Assembly: GCA_035353175.1 (NCBI GenBank)
Contig: DAOPZC010000009.1
Location: 27,304-91,303 of the forward strand
Direction: 5' to 3'
DNA length: 64,000 nt
From: Kiritimatiellia bacterium
GTDB taxonomy: Bacteria; Verrucomicrobiota; Kiritimatiellia; RFP12; UBA1067
Shown: one piece after another, positions 48,273 through 58,075 of the stretch
Layout: each line of letters opens with the position of its first letter
Position numbering within the stretch: the stretch's first letter is position 1
The notes under the pieces: generated by a model
The model's database searches: none
What the model saw: the letters and a program-made list of their open reading frames with translations, nothing else
What the model was told of the DNA's origin: nothing
Translations under genes and position numbers: made by a program

Positions 48273-50090
48273 TCACACGTCCTTCGCTATCCTGACGATC
48301 ACCCGGGAGGCGCCCAGGTTTTTCAGCCCCAGCGCCAGCAGGGCTTTCTCGGTGAACCCGCGGCCTTGGCAGATCAGGTCTAAGACCTCGATGTGGTCGT
48401 CGCGGCAGAGCGCGAGAAAATCCTTGAGGGTGAACAGATGGATGTTGGGCGTGTTGTACCATTCGAAGGGAATCTGCTTGCCCTTGGGCATGCGGCCTTG
48501 GAAGAGCAGTTGGCGGCGGACCTCGAGGCAGGCGAAGTTCGGGAAGGTGATGACCGCCTCGCGGGCGACCCGCAGGATCTGCTGGAGCAGCTCGCGCGGC
48601 CGCTTGATGGTCTGCAGGGTTTCGCTGAGAATCGCCACGTCGAAGCTGTTGTTCGGGATCATGGCCAGCCCGTCGTCGATGTCTTCGCGCAGGACGTCGC
48701 TGCCCGAGTCGAGGGTGGAGATGACCTGGTCGATGTCGATCTCGACGCCGTTGCCGCTGCTTCCGCGCAGCTGCTTGAGGATGTTCAGCAGCGAACCGTT
48801 GCCGCAGCCGAGATCCAGGACGCGGCTGTTCGGGGGGATCAGGTCGACCACCTTCTGGTAATGGCGCAGCTGCCAGCGACGGAACGTGCCGACCTCGTTC
48901 GTCTCGTCCACCTGCTGCTTCGAATCGGAGGGCATGAAGGCCGCCACCACGCGCTTGAGGTCGCTGATGTGCGTCAGGAAGGCGTCGTGCCCTGCCGCCG
49001 CGTCGAGGTGGCAGTAGGAGACCCGCTTCTTTTGGCGCAGGAGCGCGGTGACGAGATCCTCCGACTGCTCGGGCATGAAGAGCCAGTCGCCGCTGAGCGA
49101 GACGATCAGCACGCGCGAACTGACGTTGGCAAAGGCCGCGTCGAGGGTCTTGTAGCGTTCGGCGATGTCGTATTCGTCCATCGCCAGCGTGATGTGCAGG
49201 TAGGAGTTGGCGTCGAAGCGCTGGATGAATTTCTCGGCCTGGTATTGCAGGTAGCTCTCGACCTGGAAGAACGTGCCGAAATTGCGGTCGATGGCGTTGC
49301 GGAAATCGGGGTCGGCCGTCAGCCATTCGGGACGTTTCTCGCGCCCGAATTTGGCTTCCATGAGCTGCTGCGAGAGGTAGGTGATGTGCGCGAGTTTGCG
49401 GGCGCTCGAGAGCCCCCGGGTCGGGTGGTTCTCGCTGCCGTAGTAGTCGCCCGCGTTCCAGTTCGGGTCTCCGATGATCGCGTGGCGGCCGACGATGTCG
49501 AAGGCGAGCGCCTGGGAGTTCAGGCTGGCCGCGGAGGCGATCACGAGCGCCTTGTCGAGTTCGCCGGAATAGCGGATCAGCCACTCGAGCACCTGCATTC
49601 CGCCGAAGCTGCCGCCCATCACGGCGGCCAGGCGCGTGACGCCGATCTGCCGCAGGAGCAGCCGGTGGACCTCGATGATGTCGCCCACGGTGACCTTGGG
49701 AAAGGCGGACCCGTACGGTTTGCCCGTGGCGGGGTTGATGGAGCAAGGCCCGGTCGTGCCCTTGCAGCCGCCGAGGATGTTCGCGCAAACGACCTGGTAG
49801 CGGTCCGTGTCGATGCCCCTGCCGGGGCCGATCATGCCTTCCCACCAGCCGCTGGGCTCAATCTCGCCCGGCCTCAGTCCGGCGACGTGCGCGTCGCCGG
49901 TGAGCGCATGGCAGATGAAGACCACGTTGTCGTTCGCAGGGGATATGTTGCCGCAGCGCTCATACGTGACTTCGATTTCCGGCAATACGCCCCCCTTTTC
50001 AAGCCGAAATCCTCCGGGCGGGAGATCCAGTTTGATGGTTTTCGGCGCGACCGTTCCGACGGTGGGTTCTGTTTGGGTGTCTTTAGGCAT
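48273..50090 (-). CDS. metXW: Homoserine O-acetyltransferase MetX fused to methionine biosynthesis protein MetW
   Basis: 605 aa. MetX alpha/beta hydrolase N-terminal domain (GGSFGGMQ nucleophile elbow). C-terminal SAM-MTase-like MetW region ([12 protein letters not shown]). Confidence 0.8.
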   Translation of the reverse strand: MPKDTQTEPTVGTVAPKTIKLDLPPGGFRLEKGGVLPEIEVTYERCGNISPANDNVVFICHALTGDAHVAGLRPGEIEPSGWWEGMIGPGRGIDTDRYQVVCANILGGCKGTTGPCSINPATGKPYGSAFPKVTVGDIIEVHRLLLRQIGVTRLAAVMGGSFGGMQVLEWLIRYSGELDKALVIASAASLNSQALAFDIVGRHAIIGDPNWNAGDYYGSENHPTRGLSSARKLAHITYLSQQLMEAKFGREKRPEWLTADPDFRNAIDRNFGTFFQVESYLQYQAEKFIQRFDANSYLHITLAMDEYDIAERYKTLDAAFANVSSRVLIVSLSGDWLFMPEQSEDLVTALLRQKKRVSYCHLDAAAGHDAFLTHISDLKRVVAAFMPSDSKQQVDETNEVGTFRRWQLRHYQKVVDLIPPNSRVLDLGCGNGSLLNILKQLRGSSGNGVEIDIDQVISTLDSGSDVLREDIDDGLAMIPNNSFDVAILSETLQTIKRPRELLQQILRVAREAVITFPNFACLEVRRQLLFQGRMPKGKQIPFEWYNTPNIHLFTLKDFLALCRDDHIEVLDLICQGRGFTEKALLALGLKNLGASRVIVRIAKDV

Positions 50091-50266
50091 GTTCCTTTCG
50101 AAAAAACTTTAAAAAGATAGCACGACGCCTGCGCTTCTGCCAGTTTAAACATTGCGGCGAAACGGGCCGCGGCTTGTGATCGGTCCCGGCGGCTGGTACA
50201 CTTTCCGCAGCCCCGTTCGGAATCGTGCGGGGAGGGAGAGGGCGGTCCTCCCGGGAGAAGAAAAGG

Positions 50267-50875
50267 ATGAGTTCTTTCGAGGTGAGCGAGTTGAGGTATG
50301 GCGGGTTCGGGCCGGTCTCGTTCGCGATGCAGGCGGGCGAGACGGTCGGCGTGACCGGGCCGTCGGGCTGCGGCAAGACGCGGCTGCTGCGCGCGCTGGC
50401 GGACATGGATCCGTGGCTGGGCGAGATCCGGCTCGGCGCGGGACGGCCCGCGGAGATGTCGGCCAGCGCGTGGCGCCGGCGCGTGGCGTATGTGCCCGCC
50501 GAGAGCCAGTGGTGGTTCGACGGCGTGGGCGCGCACTTCGTGGCCGCGCCCCAGACTGAGGAGGTGCGCGGGCTGGGGTTGGACCCTGAGGTGCTGTCCT
50601 GGCCCGTGGCGCGCCTCTCCAGCGGCGAGAAGCAGCGGCTCGGCCTGCTGCGCACGCTGGCGAACCGTCCGTCCGTGCTTTTGCTGGACGAGCCGACCGC
50701 GCACCTCGACGCGGAGCGTTCGCGGGCCTTCGAGGCGCTGGTCAAGCGCCGGTGCGCGGAAGGGATGATGGCGGTATGGGTGGCGCATGATCCGGAGCAG
50801 CTCCGGCGCGTGGCGACGCGCGGGTACCGCATGGCGGCGCAGGGCGTGTGGAAGGAGGCGGTGTCATGGGCGTGA
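50267..50875 (+). CDS. fetA: ABC transporter ATP-binding protein (FetA/YbbL-like)
   Basis: Start taken at MSSFEV. Walker A GPSGCGKT, signature LSSGEKQRLGLLRTL, Walker B LLLDEPTAHLD. Confidence 0.75.
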   Translation: MSSFEVSELRYGGFGPVSFAMQAGETVGVTGPSGCGKTRLLRALADMDPWLGEIRLGAGRPAEMSASAWRRRVAYVPAESQWWFDGVGAHFVAAPQTEEVRGLGLDPEVLSWPVARLSSGEKQRLGLLRTLANRPSVLLLDEPTAHLDAERSRAFEALVKRRCAEGMMAVWVAHDPEQLRRVATRGYRMAAQGVWKEAVSWA

Positions 50876-51660
50876 TCGCGCTGTCGTGGGCGGACATCCT
50901 CTTGGCCGCGCTGCCGCTGGCCGCGCTGGCGGCGGTCTTCGCGTGGCAGCGGCTGGAGTTGAGCCGCACGATGCTGATCGGTGCGGTGCGGACGTTCGTG
51001 CAGCTGGCGCTGGTGGGGTTTGTCCTGAAAGGCGTGTTCCAGAACGCGCATCCGGTCTGGACGGTGGGCTTCTCCCTGGTCATGTTGGCGGCGGGCACGT
51101 GGGAGGTGTCGCGGCGGCAGCACCGGCGCTTTGCCGCCGGCTGGACCGTCGGGTTCGCGGTGCTGGGGATGTTCACGGCGGGGTTCACGGTGACGGTCTT
51201 CGCGCTGCTGGCGCTGGTCGGGGTGTCGCCGTGGTGGAGTCCGCAATACGCGATCCCGCTTTTGGGCATGATTCTCGGCAACACCATGACGGGGATCGCG
51301 CTCGGCATGGACACGCTGACGCAGAGCGCGTGGAAGCAGCGGGCCGTGATCGAAAACCGGCTGGCGCTGGGGCAGACGGCGGCCGAGGCGGTGACGGAAT
51401 TGCGGCGCGAGAGCGTGCGGACGGCCATGACGCCGATCATCAACTCGCTGGCCGTGTGCGGCGTGGTGAGCCTGCCGGGCATGATGACCGGCCAGATCCT
51501 GTCGGGCAGCGATCCGCTGGCGGCGGTGCGGTACCAGATGATGATCATGTACCTGATCGCCACGGGCGCGGGCTTCGGCAGCCTGCTGACGATCCAACTC
51601 TGCGTGCGGCGGCTGTTCGACGGGCGCGAGCGCTTGCGGCTGGACCGGCTGACCGGATAG
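50866..51660 (+). CDS. fetB: ABC exporter permease, UPF0014/FetB(YbbM) family
   Basis: Start at MGVIALS, overlapping the stop of the upstream ATPase. Multi-TM protein typical of the YbbM/FetB family. Confidence 0.7.
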   Translation: MGVIALSWADILLAALPLAALAAVFAWQRLELSRTMLIGAVRTFVQLALVGFVLKGVFQNAHPVWTVGFSLVMLAAGTWEVSRRQHRRFAAGWTVGFAVLGMFTAGFTVTVFALLALVGVSPWWSPQYAIPLLGMILGNTMTGIALGMDTLTQSAWKQRAVIENRLALGQTAAEAVTELRRESVRTAMTPIINSLAVCGVVSLPGMMTGQILSGSDPLAAVRYQMMIMYLIATGAGFGSLLTIQLCVRRLFDGRERLRLDRLTG

Positions 51661-51673
51661 GCGGCTTACAGAA

Positions 51674-52765
51674 ATGAAACACTCCCGTAAGCCCGGTGTA
51701 ATGGTGAGATGGTATTTTGCACACATGCTTGTGAGAAAACAATGGTGGTGTGCGGCGTTGGTTCTGGGTGCCTCGGTTACGGCCGTTTTCGCGGCCGAGA
51801 TGCGACTCGTCCTCAATCCGTACGAGGACGTGGACTGGGAGAAGGTGACGCAGCATAAGGCCAACCTGCACACGCACACGGTGGCGAGCGGCGGCAAGCT
51901 GTTTCTGCACCAGGTGTTCGCCGAATATGCCCGGCGCGGGTACGAGATCCTCGCCATTACGGACCACGACCTGTGTACGCAGTGGGAGAAAGCCGGGCTC
52001 GACCCCGTGAAGGAATTCGGCATCCTGCCGGTGATGGGGCAAGAGTACTCCAAAGGCCAGCATGTCAACGGCTTCTTCCTGAACCGCGAGGTGCCGATGC
52101 GCGACACGGCGGCGCTGGCCCGCGAGATCACGACGCACGGCGGCTTTGCGGTCATCAACCATCCGGGGCGGTATTGGAAGCCGGACGTGAGCGGGGCGGT
52201 GCCGCCGGAAACGCGCGACGAATACGTGAAGCTGTTGGACGAGAACCCGCTGATTTTGGGAATCGAAGTCGTGAACCGGAACAACCGGAGCCCGCACGAT
52301 GTGGCGCTGTGGGATGCCCTGCTCGGCGCCGCGATGCCGGCGCGGCCGGTCTGGGGTTTCGCCAACGACGACATGCACGAGCGCAAGCATATCGGGCAGG
52401 CCTGGAACATCTTTCTGCTCGAAACCTTAGACGAAGTCGCTTTGCGCCACGCGATGTTGAAAGGACACTTCTATTTTTCCGCGCGCGAGAACGGCCACGG
52501 GAAGGAGGCGGCCGGTGACCCGCCCGTCATCCAGTCCATCGTCCATGACCCGGCCGCGCAGACGATCACGCTTTCTGCTGCCGCCGACGGCGCGGTCGTG
52601 GGCGCCAAGCAGTGTCGCTGGATCGCGGAGGGGCAGACGGTCTGCGAAGGGCCGGTGCTGGCGTACAGCCGCGTGCGTGGCATCGGGCGGTACGTGCGCG
52701 CCGAAGTGAAAGGCAAGGGCGGCACAACCTTCTCAAACCCGTTCGGGTTCCGCCTTGCGGAGTGA
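51674..52765 (+). CDS. Secreted PHP-domain metallophosphoesterase-like protein
   Basis: Signal/TM region WWCAALVLGASVTAVFA. PHP motifs (NLHTHTVASGG; ILAITDHD; INHPGRYW). Confidence 0.6.
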   Translation: MKHSRKPGVMVRWYFAHMLVRKQWWCAALVLGASVTAVFAAEMRLVLNPYEDVDWEKVTQHKANLHTHTVASGGKLFLHQVFAEYARRGYEILAITDHDLCTQWEKAGLDPVKEFGILPVMGQEYSKGQHVNGFFLNREVPMRDTAALAREITTHGGFAVINHPGRYWKPDVSGAVPPETRDEYVKLLDENPLILGIEVVNRNNRSPHDVALWDALLGAAMPARPVWGFANDDMHERKHIGQAWNIFLLETLDEVALRHAMLKGHFYFSARENGHGKEAAGDPPVIQSIVHDPAAQTITLSAAADGAVVGAKQCRWIAEGQTVCEGPVLAYSRVRGIGRYVRAEVKGKGGTTFSNPFGFRLAE

Positions 52766-52782
52766 GCCGTTGCGGGCGGCAT

Positions 52783-52823
52783 AAAAAAACGGGAGGGGCC
52801 GCTGGGGCTCCTCCCGTTTTGTT
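52783..52823. terminator. Bidirectional Rho-independent terminator between convergent genes
   Basis: aaaaaaacgggaggggcc-gctg-gggctcctcccgttttgtt. An 11-bp GC-rich stem (one mismatch) and a 4-nt loop, with an A-run upstream and a T-run downstream. Confidence 0.8.
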
Positions 52824-52855
52824 CGCACGGTCCCGTCCCGCACAGAGGGGCGGCG

Positions 52856-54577
52856 TTATTTGGTTTTCTTGGCCGAAGCCGCTTTCCCGCCCTCTTCTTC
52901 GCCCGTGATCTCGGTTTCGTCGTCGCTCTCCGCCAAGGTGCGGGAGGGCTTGAAATCCTGCTTCGCGAGGTTCCACTTCAGCCACTCAGAGAAGAGGTCG
53001 CTGTTGCGGCGGCGGGCGATGCCGGAGCGGATCTGGGAACGCATCATCTCTGCGGCGAGCGCGTCGCCGGGCTGGCGGTCTTGGACGTACACGAAAAGCG
53101 ATTGTACGGCCGAGGCGGGCACCGGCTCGGAGATCTCGCCCTTCTTGAGCGTCATGGCGCCGTAGGCGACCGAGAAGCTGTTGTCGAACTTCTGGTTCTG
53201 GATGTCGCTGACCGTGTAGGTGATCGAGGTCGAGACGTTGAGCGCTTTGGCTTTGGCGGCCTCGGCGAAACTCTTGCCCTCGTCGACCCGCTTGCGGAGG
53301 TCCGCGCGCAGCTCTTTGGCGTAGCTCTGGAAGGCGTCGCTGCGGGCTTTCGCCATCGCGCGCGGGCGGAGGTCTTTCAGGACGTCTTCATACGCCGGGG
53401 TGTGGGCGGGCGAATGCGCGATCGGCTCGATGACGTAGATGAAGTTGTCTCCCTTCACGATGCCGAAGCGGGAGTCCGTGCGGTCGGGGTCGAGTTCGAA
53501 GGCGGCGTTGGCGAACTCTTTCGAATTTTCGACCCAGTACAGGGTGTCTTCCGCGCCGAAGAGCGGCGACGTCTTGATGGCCGCCTTTTCCTGCGCGGCG
53601 GCGATGACGAGCGCGTTGGAGCCGGCGTTGGCGAGCTTGCCGTAGATGTTGAACGTGACGGAGGTGGAGGCGCAATAGCGGGCTTCTTCCATCTGGAGTT
53701 CGGCAAGGATTTTGCTGCGAACCTCGGCATACGGGATGGTTTCGGTCGTGTTGTTCGTCGTGGTGCGGCTGAAGGTCTCGGTGTGGCTGTCGTAATATTC
53801 CTGCAGATCTTCTTCGGGCACCGTGACATAGGCCAGGAAGTTGGAGACCGGGATGGCGAAATAGCGCACGGCGACGCGGTCGGGCAACGCGAACGAGGCT
53901 TTGTTTTCCTCGTAGTACTTCCGGGTGTCCTCGTCCGTCAGGCGCATTTCGACTTGGGCGAAGCGGTTGCTGACGTTGGCCACCTGCACGGTAAAGCGAT
54001 CGGTCATGGCGGCGAGCTCGTCTTCCATCTCCATGGGCGAGATCCAGGTGGCGGAGTCCACGAGCGCGCCGTTCTTCATCATGGCGAGCTGGTGCGAGAC
54101 GAGGGACTCGTACATCGCCGGCGTCAGGCCTTGGTCGGCGAGCACGCTGCGGTAGCGGTTGATGTCGAAACCGTTGGCGCCCTGGAAGCCGGGCACTTCG
54201 CGCAGCGTGCTGCGGATCTCTTCCTTGCCGGAAGCCATGCCGTTCTTTTCGGCGGTCAAACGCGCCGAAATCTGCTCCCAGGCCTTGCGGTCCACGACGC
54301 GCGCCGAGGTTTCGTTGTCACGGTTGCGCCCGAAGCCACGGATGGCCTGAACCGTTTGTTCGAATTGGCTGTAGGGGATCTTCTTGCCGTTGATGACTCC
54401 GGCGGTTTGCGTGTCCTGCGGGCTCTGGAAACAGGAATCGACGGCGACGAAGGCGACGGCGATGATGATTGCAAAAAAGCCCCACAGGATGCGGCTGCGG
54501 ATGAGTCGGTTGAAGTGATAAATGAACACGGTTGATAATCCAAAATAGGTTAACACTCGCGCAAACACTTTTGACAA
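52856..54577 (-). CDS. ppiD: Periplasmic chaperone PpiD-like (SurA N-domain/PPIase-family, membrane-anchored)
   Basis: 573 aa. N-terminal TM anchor (ILWGFFAIIIAVAFVAV). SurA-N-like region with INGKKIPYSQFEQ. Acidic C-terminal tail. Confidence 0.6.
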   Translation of the reverse strand: MSKVFARVLTYFGLSTVFIYHFNRLIRSRILWGFFAIIIAVAFVAVDSCFQSPQDTQTAGVINGKKIPYSQFEQTVQAIRGFGRNRDNETSARVVDRKAWEQISARLTAEKNGMASGKEEIRSTLREVPGFQGANGFDINRYRSVLADQGLTPAMYESLVSHQLAMMKNGALVDSATWISPMEMEDELAAMTDRFTVQVANVSNRFAQVEMRLTDEDTRKYYEENKASFALPDRVAVRYFAIPVSNFLAYVTVPEEDLQEYYDSHTETFSRTTTNNTTETIPYAEVRSKILAELQMEEARYCASTSVTFNIYGKLANAGSNALVIAAAQEKAAIKTSPLFGAEDTLYWVENSKEFANAAFELDPDRTDSRFGIVKGDNFIYVIEPIAHSPAHTPAYEDVLKDLRPRAMAKARSDAFQSYAKELRADLRKRVDEGKSFAEAAKAKALNVSTSITYTVSDIQNQKFDNSFSVAYGAMTLKKGEISEPVPASAVQSLFVYVQDRQPGDALAAEMMRSQIRSGIARRRNSDLFSEWLKWNLAKQDFKPSRTLAESDDETEITGEEEGGKAASAKKTK

Positions 54578-54633
54578 GAAAAACCGGAGGCTGCGCAGGC
54601 CGCCGGTCCTCTGAAGATCAACTCACGGATGGA

Positions 54634-55647
54634 TTACTGTGCGTCTTTCTTTTCAGCCGCGGGCTCCGCGTCCTTTTTCTCTTCTTTTTCGGCGGCCCCC
54701 TCATCCTTGCTGGCGGGCGTCGTGAGCAGCACCGGCAGCTCCTCTTTCTTTTCGGCGTCGGGCTGCTCGACGAGTTCGCCGGTGGCCAGGTTTGCCCGGC
54801 CCTCGGCATAGGCGAAACGGTGGCGCGCGATGCCGGTCGGGCTGACCACGAGGGTGGAGATGATCGCCCGCCCGCCGACGGGGGCGTTCTCGCGCCAGAT
54901 CTTGACGACCGCCTTTGGCGACATGGTGAAATTGACCGGGTCTTCGGCGCCCTTTGAAAGGAGGATCGAGAAGTCGCCGGAGACGCTGGTCATGCGGCTG
55001 AAGGAGCGGTCGGTGGCCGTTTGAATATTGACCGTGTTCGCGGCGCGCAAGGCGGGGATCTGAAACTGAGGGCCCTCGATGCGGGTGGTGCCGGTAACGG
55101 TTCCGGCCTGGAAGGTCTCCCCGTCGGCGTCCGCGGTCAGCGTATACTCACCGCGGCCCGAGAGGTTCTTGCAGCTCGCGTTCTGGGTTTCGACGCCGAA
55201 ACTGCCCTCCGGCAGGTTGTCGCGCAGCGAGGTCTTGATTTTGCCGGAAACGAGCCGCACGACGCGGCCGTCGGGGTTCTTTTCGGGGCAGGCGGCGACG
55301 ACTTCGGAAGAGGAGAATATCTGGACGGTCTCCTGCGCGGAGAAAACGAGAACGGCCGCGCCGTCTAACCCCGTCCGGAAGACGGTGCCGAGCGGATAGG
55401 CCTTGTTGTCCTGCGCGGGGGCGAACTGGCCCACGTCCGGATTGTTCACTTCGCAGAGGCCCTGGATGTTCATCACGCGCACCAACGGGTCAAAAACTTT
55501 ACCTGGCTGGACGGCCTGTTCGGCGGCAGGTGCCGGTTGCTCGGCGGCCGCGGCCGCCGGCTGCGCATCGTCCTGGGCACGGACCGTCACCGCAAAAGCC
55601 GCAGCCACCACACACATACTCGCTCGAAAAACGCCTTGATCCATCAT
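54634..55647 (-). CDS. Secreted hypothetical protein with Lys/Glu-rich C-terminal tail
   Basis: Signal peptide MCVVAAAFAVTVRA|QDD. Predicted beta-rich body. C-terminal EKKEE...AEKKDAQ low-complexity tail. Confidence 0.5.
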   Translation of the reverse strand: MMDQGVFRASMCVVAAAFAVTVRAQDDAQPAAAAAEQPAPAAEQAVQPGKVFDPLVRVMNIQGLCEVNNPDVGQFAPAQDNKAYPLGTVFRTGLDGAAVLVFSAQETVQIFSSSEVVAACPEKNPDGRVVRLVSGKIKTSLRDNLPEGSFGVETQNASCKNLSGRGEYTLTADADGETFQAGTVTGTTRIEGPQFQIPALRAANTVNIQTATDRSFSRMTSVSGDFSILLSKGAEDPVNFTMSPKAVVKIWRENAPVGGRAIISTLVVSPTGIARHRFAYAEGRANLATGELVEQPDAEKKEELPVLLTTPASKDEGAAEKEEKKDAEPAAEKKDAQ

Positions 55648-55870
55648 GGGGACAGCTCCCTAAGTTTCACGCGGTTTTATGGACAAACCCTTCATTCCTA
55701 TTAAAAAAGGATGATTTATAATAAACCAAGCCTCTCCGATAGTCAATCGAAGCTTAAACGCTTTTGCAGAAAATCGTCCGCATTCACGCCGCTTTTGCTT
55801 GCCAACCGGAAGCCGACGTGTTTAACTTGAAAGCGATAAACGCGTGGACGATTATGAAGGAGGTGCAGGT

Positions 55871-56308
55871 ATGCATATGACGCCTGTTTACTGGCTCTAT
55901 GTGGGGATCGCGCTGATTCTTTTGGAGGTTATGACGCCCGGTTTGGTGTCGCTGTTTTTCGGCCTGTCTGCGCTGACGGTGGCGCTGATCGCCTGGCTGG
56001 TTGGCGACGGGTTCGGCCAGGTCTGGCAGTGGCTCGCCTTTTCCGCTTTCTCGGTCCTGTACATCCTGTTGTTGCGGAAGAGCCTGAAAAACGTTTTTAA
56101 CGGCGACCGCGAGATCTCGGACAACCCGGCCGACGAATACACCGGTAAGCTGGCGGTCGTGACGGAGGCGGTCGCTCCGAACAAGCCGGGCCGCGTGGAG
56201 TTCGGAGGCACCACGTGGAAGGCCGAGGCGGAGCAGGATCTGGCGGCCGGCGCATCGGTCCGGATCACCGGCAAGAAAAATCTCACGCTCACGGTTCAGT
56301 CGGCATAA
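55871..56308 (+). CDS. NfeD-family membrane protein (YbbJ-like), partner of an SPFH protein
   Basis: Two N-terminal TM helices and a C-terminal OB-fold-like domain (GKLAVVTEAVAPNKPGRVEFGGTTWKAEA). Immediately upstream of a band-7 gene. ORF begins at 55844; an internal ATG at 55871 was chosen. Confidence 0.65.
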   Translation: MHMTPVYWLYVGIALILLEVMTPGLVSLFFGLSALTVALIAWLVGDGFGQVWQWLAFSAFSVLYILLLRKSLKNVFNGDREISDNPADEYTGKLAVVTEAVAPNKPGRVEFGGTTWKAEAEQDLAAGASVRITGKKNLTLTVQSA

Positions 56309-56371
56309 AAACGTCGTATCGGACGGATCCGTCGGGGTCAGTCGGATCGATTCAACAAGGAGCAAGACATC

Positions 56372-57280
56372 ATGTTATACGTTACAGTGTTCATCGCGTT
56401 CGTGGTCGTCTACACGATTCTCAAGTGCGTGCGCATCGTCCCGCAGAAACAGGCGTTCATCGTGGAGCGGTTGGGCCGCTATCACTGCACGCTGGACGCG
56501 GGGCTGCACCTGCTGGTCCCCATCATCGACCGCGTTTCGTACAAGCATTCGCTGAAGGAGCAGGCCATCGACGTGCCGCCGCAGCAGTGCATCACGCGCG
56601 ACAACATCACGGTCGAGGTGGACGGCATCCTCTACCTCCAGGTGATGGATCCGGCCAAGGCCTCCTACGGCATCGGCAACTACCTCTTCGCCACCACGCA
56701 GCTCGCGCAGACCACCATGCGTAGCGAGATGGGCAAGCTGGAGCTGGACAAGAGCTTCGAGGAGCGCACGATGGTGAACATGGCGATCGTCGAGGCCGTG
56801 GACAAGGCCTCCGACCCCTGGGGCGTCAAGGTGACGCGCTACGAAATCAAGAACATCACGCCGCCGCAGACCATCCGCGACGCGATGGAGAAGCAGATGC
56901 GCGCCGAGCGCGAAAAGCGCGCGCTGATCGCCGAGTCCGAGGGCGACCGCCAGGCCAAGATCAACCGCGCCGAGGGCGACAAGCAGGAGGCGATCGCCAA
57001 GTCCGAAGGCGAGAAGATGAAACGCATCAACGAGGCGGCCGGCCGTGCGCAGGAGATACTCCTGGTGGCGGAAGCCCAGGCCAACGGCATCCGCCAGGTG
57101 GCGTCCGCGATCAGCTCCGACGGCGGCCTCGCCGCCGTGAACACGCAGCTCGGTCAGCAGTACTTGACCGAGTTCGGCAAGCTGGCCAAGGCCAACAACA
57201 CGATGATCATCCCGACGGACCTCGCGAATGTCGCGGGCGTGCTCAAGGCCGCCATGACCGTGATCAAAGATGTGAAGTGA
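56372..57280 (+). CDS. SPFH/band-7 (stomatin/QmcA-like) protein
   Basis: 302 aa. N-terminal TM. SPFH core (VRIVPQKQAFIVERLGRY...ITRDNITVEVDGILYLQV). Coiled-coil C-terminal region (EREKRALIAESEGDRQAKINRAEGDKQ). Confidence 0.8.
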   Translation: MLYVTVFIAFVVVYTILKCVRIVPQKQAFIVERLGRYHCTLDAGLHLLVPIIDRVSYKHSLKEQAIDVPPQQCITRDNITVEVDGILYLQVMDPAKASYGIGNYLFATTQLAQTTMRSEMGKLELDKSFEERTMVNMAIVEAVDKASDPWGVKVTRYEIKNITPPQTIRDAMEKQMRAEREKRALIAESEGDRQAKINRAEGDKQEAIAKSEGEKMKRINEAAGRAQEILLVAEAQANGIRQVASAISSDGGLAAVNTQLGQQYLTEFGKLAKANNTMIIPTDLANVAGVLKAAMTVIKDVK

Positions 57281-57346
57281 GCCGGTTCGGCAGATCGCGG
57301 AGCTTGTCTCACGCGGGTGCGGGGGCGGTGCCGAAAGGCGCCGCCC

Positions 57347-58009
57347 TCATCGCATCATGACGTAGAAAAGCACGCAGAAGAAGTGACAGACCGTGCCCGC
57401 CAGCACGAAGAGGTGCCACACCGCGTGATGGAACGGCATGAGCCGCCACAGGTAGAAGACCGTGCCGAGCGTGTAGAGCCCGCCGCCGACCACCAGCCAC
57501 GCCAGCCCTGCGGCGGGAAGGGAATCCATCAGCGGCTTGATGGCGATCACGACGATCCAGCCCATGCCGATATAGCCCAGGGTCGAGACGAAGCGCAGCT
57601 TGCCGGCCGTGAAAAGCTTGAAGATCACGCCCGCGACCGCCAAGCTCCACACGATGCCGAAGATCGTCCACGCGATGACGGGATGGGTCTGTCGCAGCGT
57701 GACCAGCGTGAAAGGCGTGTAGGACCCGGCGATCAGGAAATAGATCGCCATGTGGTCGCAGATCTCCAGGACCTGCTTGGAGCGCTGGTGCGTGACCGCG
57801 TGATAGACCGACGAGACGGTGTAGAGCAGGATGATCGTGGCGCCGAAGACCGCGCCGCTGACGATCTTCCACACCACCTGCGTGCCGCTCTGCGCGCCGA
57901 AAACCACCATCAGGGCCAGCATGGCGGCACCGAAATGGCTTCCAACGGCGTGGATGGCGCTGTGGGAAATCTCTTCCGCAACCGAATAATTTCTTGGGGT
58001 AAAACGCAT
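57347..58009 (-). CDS. Hemolysin-III/PAQR-family membrane protein
   Basis: 220 aa, 7 TM. Motifs EEISHSAIH...YHA...DH...HAVWHLFV, typical of the HlyIII/YqfA family. Confidence 0.75.
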   Translation of the reverse strand: MRFTPRNYSVAEEISHSAIHAVGSHFGAAMLALMVVFGAQSGTQVVWKIVSGAVFGATIILLYTVSSVYHAVTHQRSKQVLEICDHMAIYFLIAGSYTPFTLVTLRQTHPVIAWTIFGIVWSLAVAGVIFKLFTAGKLRFVSTLGYIGMGWIVVIAIKPLMDSLPAAGLAWLVVGGGLYTLGTVFYLWRLMPFHHAVWHLFVLAGTVCHFFCVLFYVMMR

Positions 58010-58075
58010 GGTGTTACCTTTCGGAACGCGGAATCAGCGGGCTGGGCGCTCCTCGGAGAGGCGCCCTTGCGGGCC

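Noticed and set aside
50083-52410. 775-aa minus-strand ORF spanning fetA, fetB and the PHP-protein gene
   Set aside because: Antisense artefact. The plus-strand genes carry Walker/ABC signature motifs, an ABC permease and PHP motifs.
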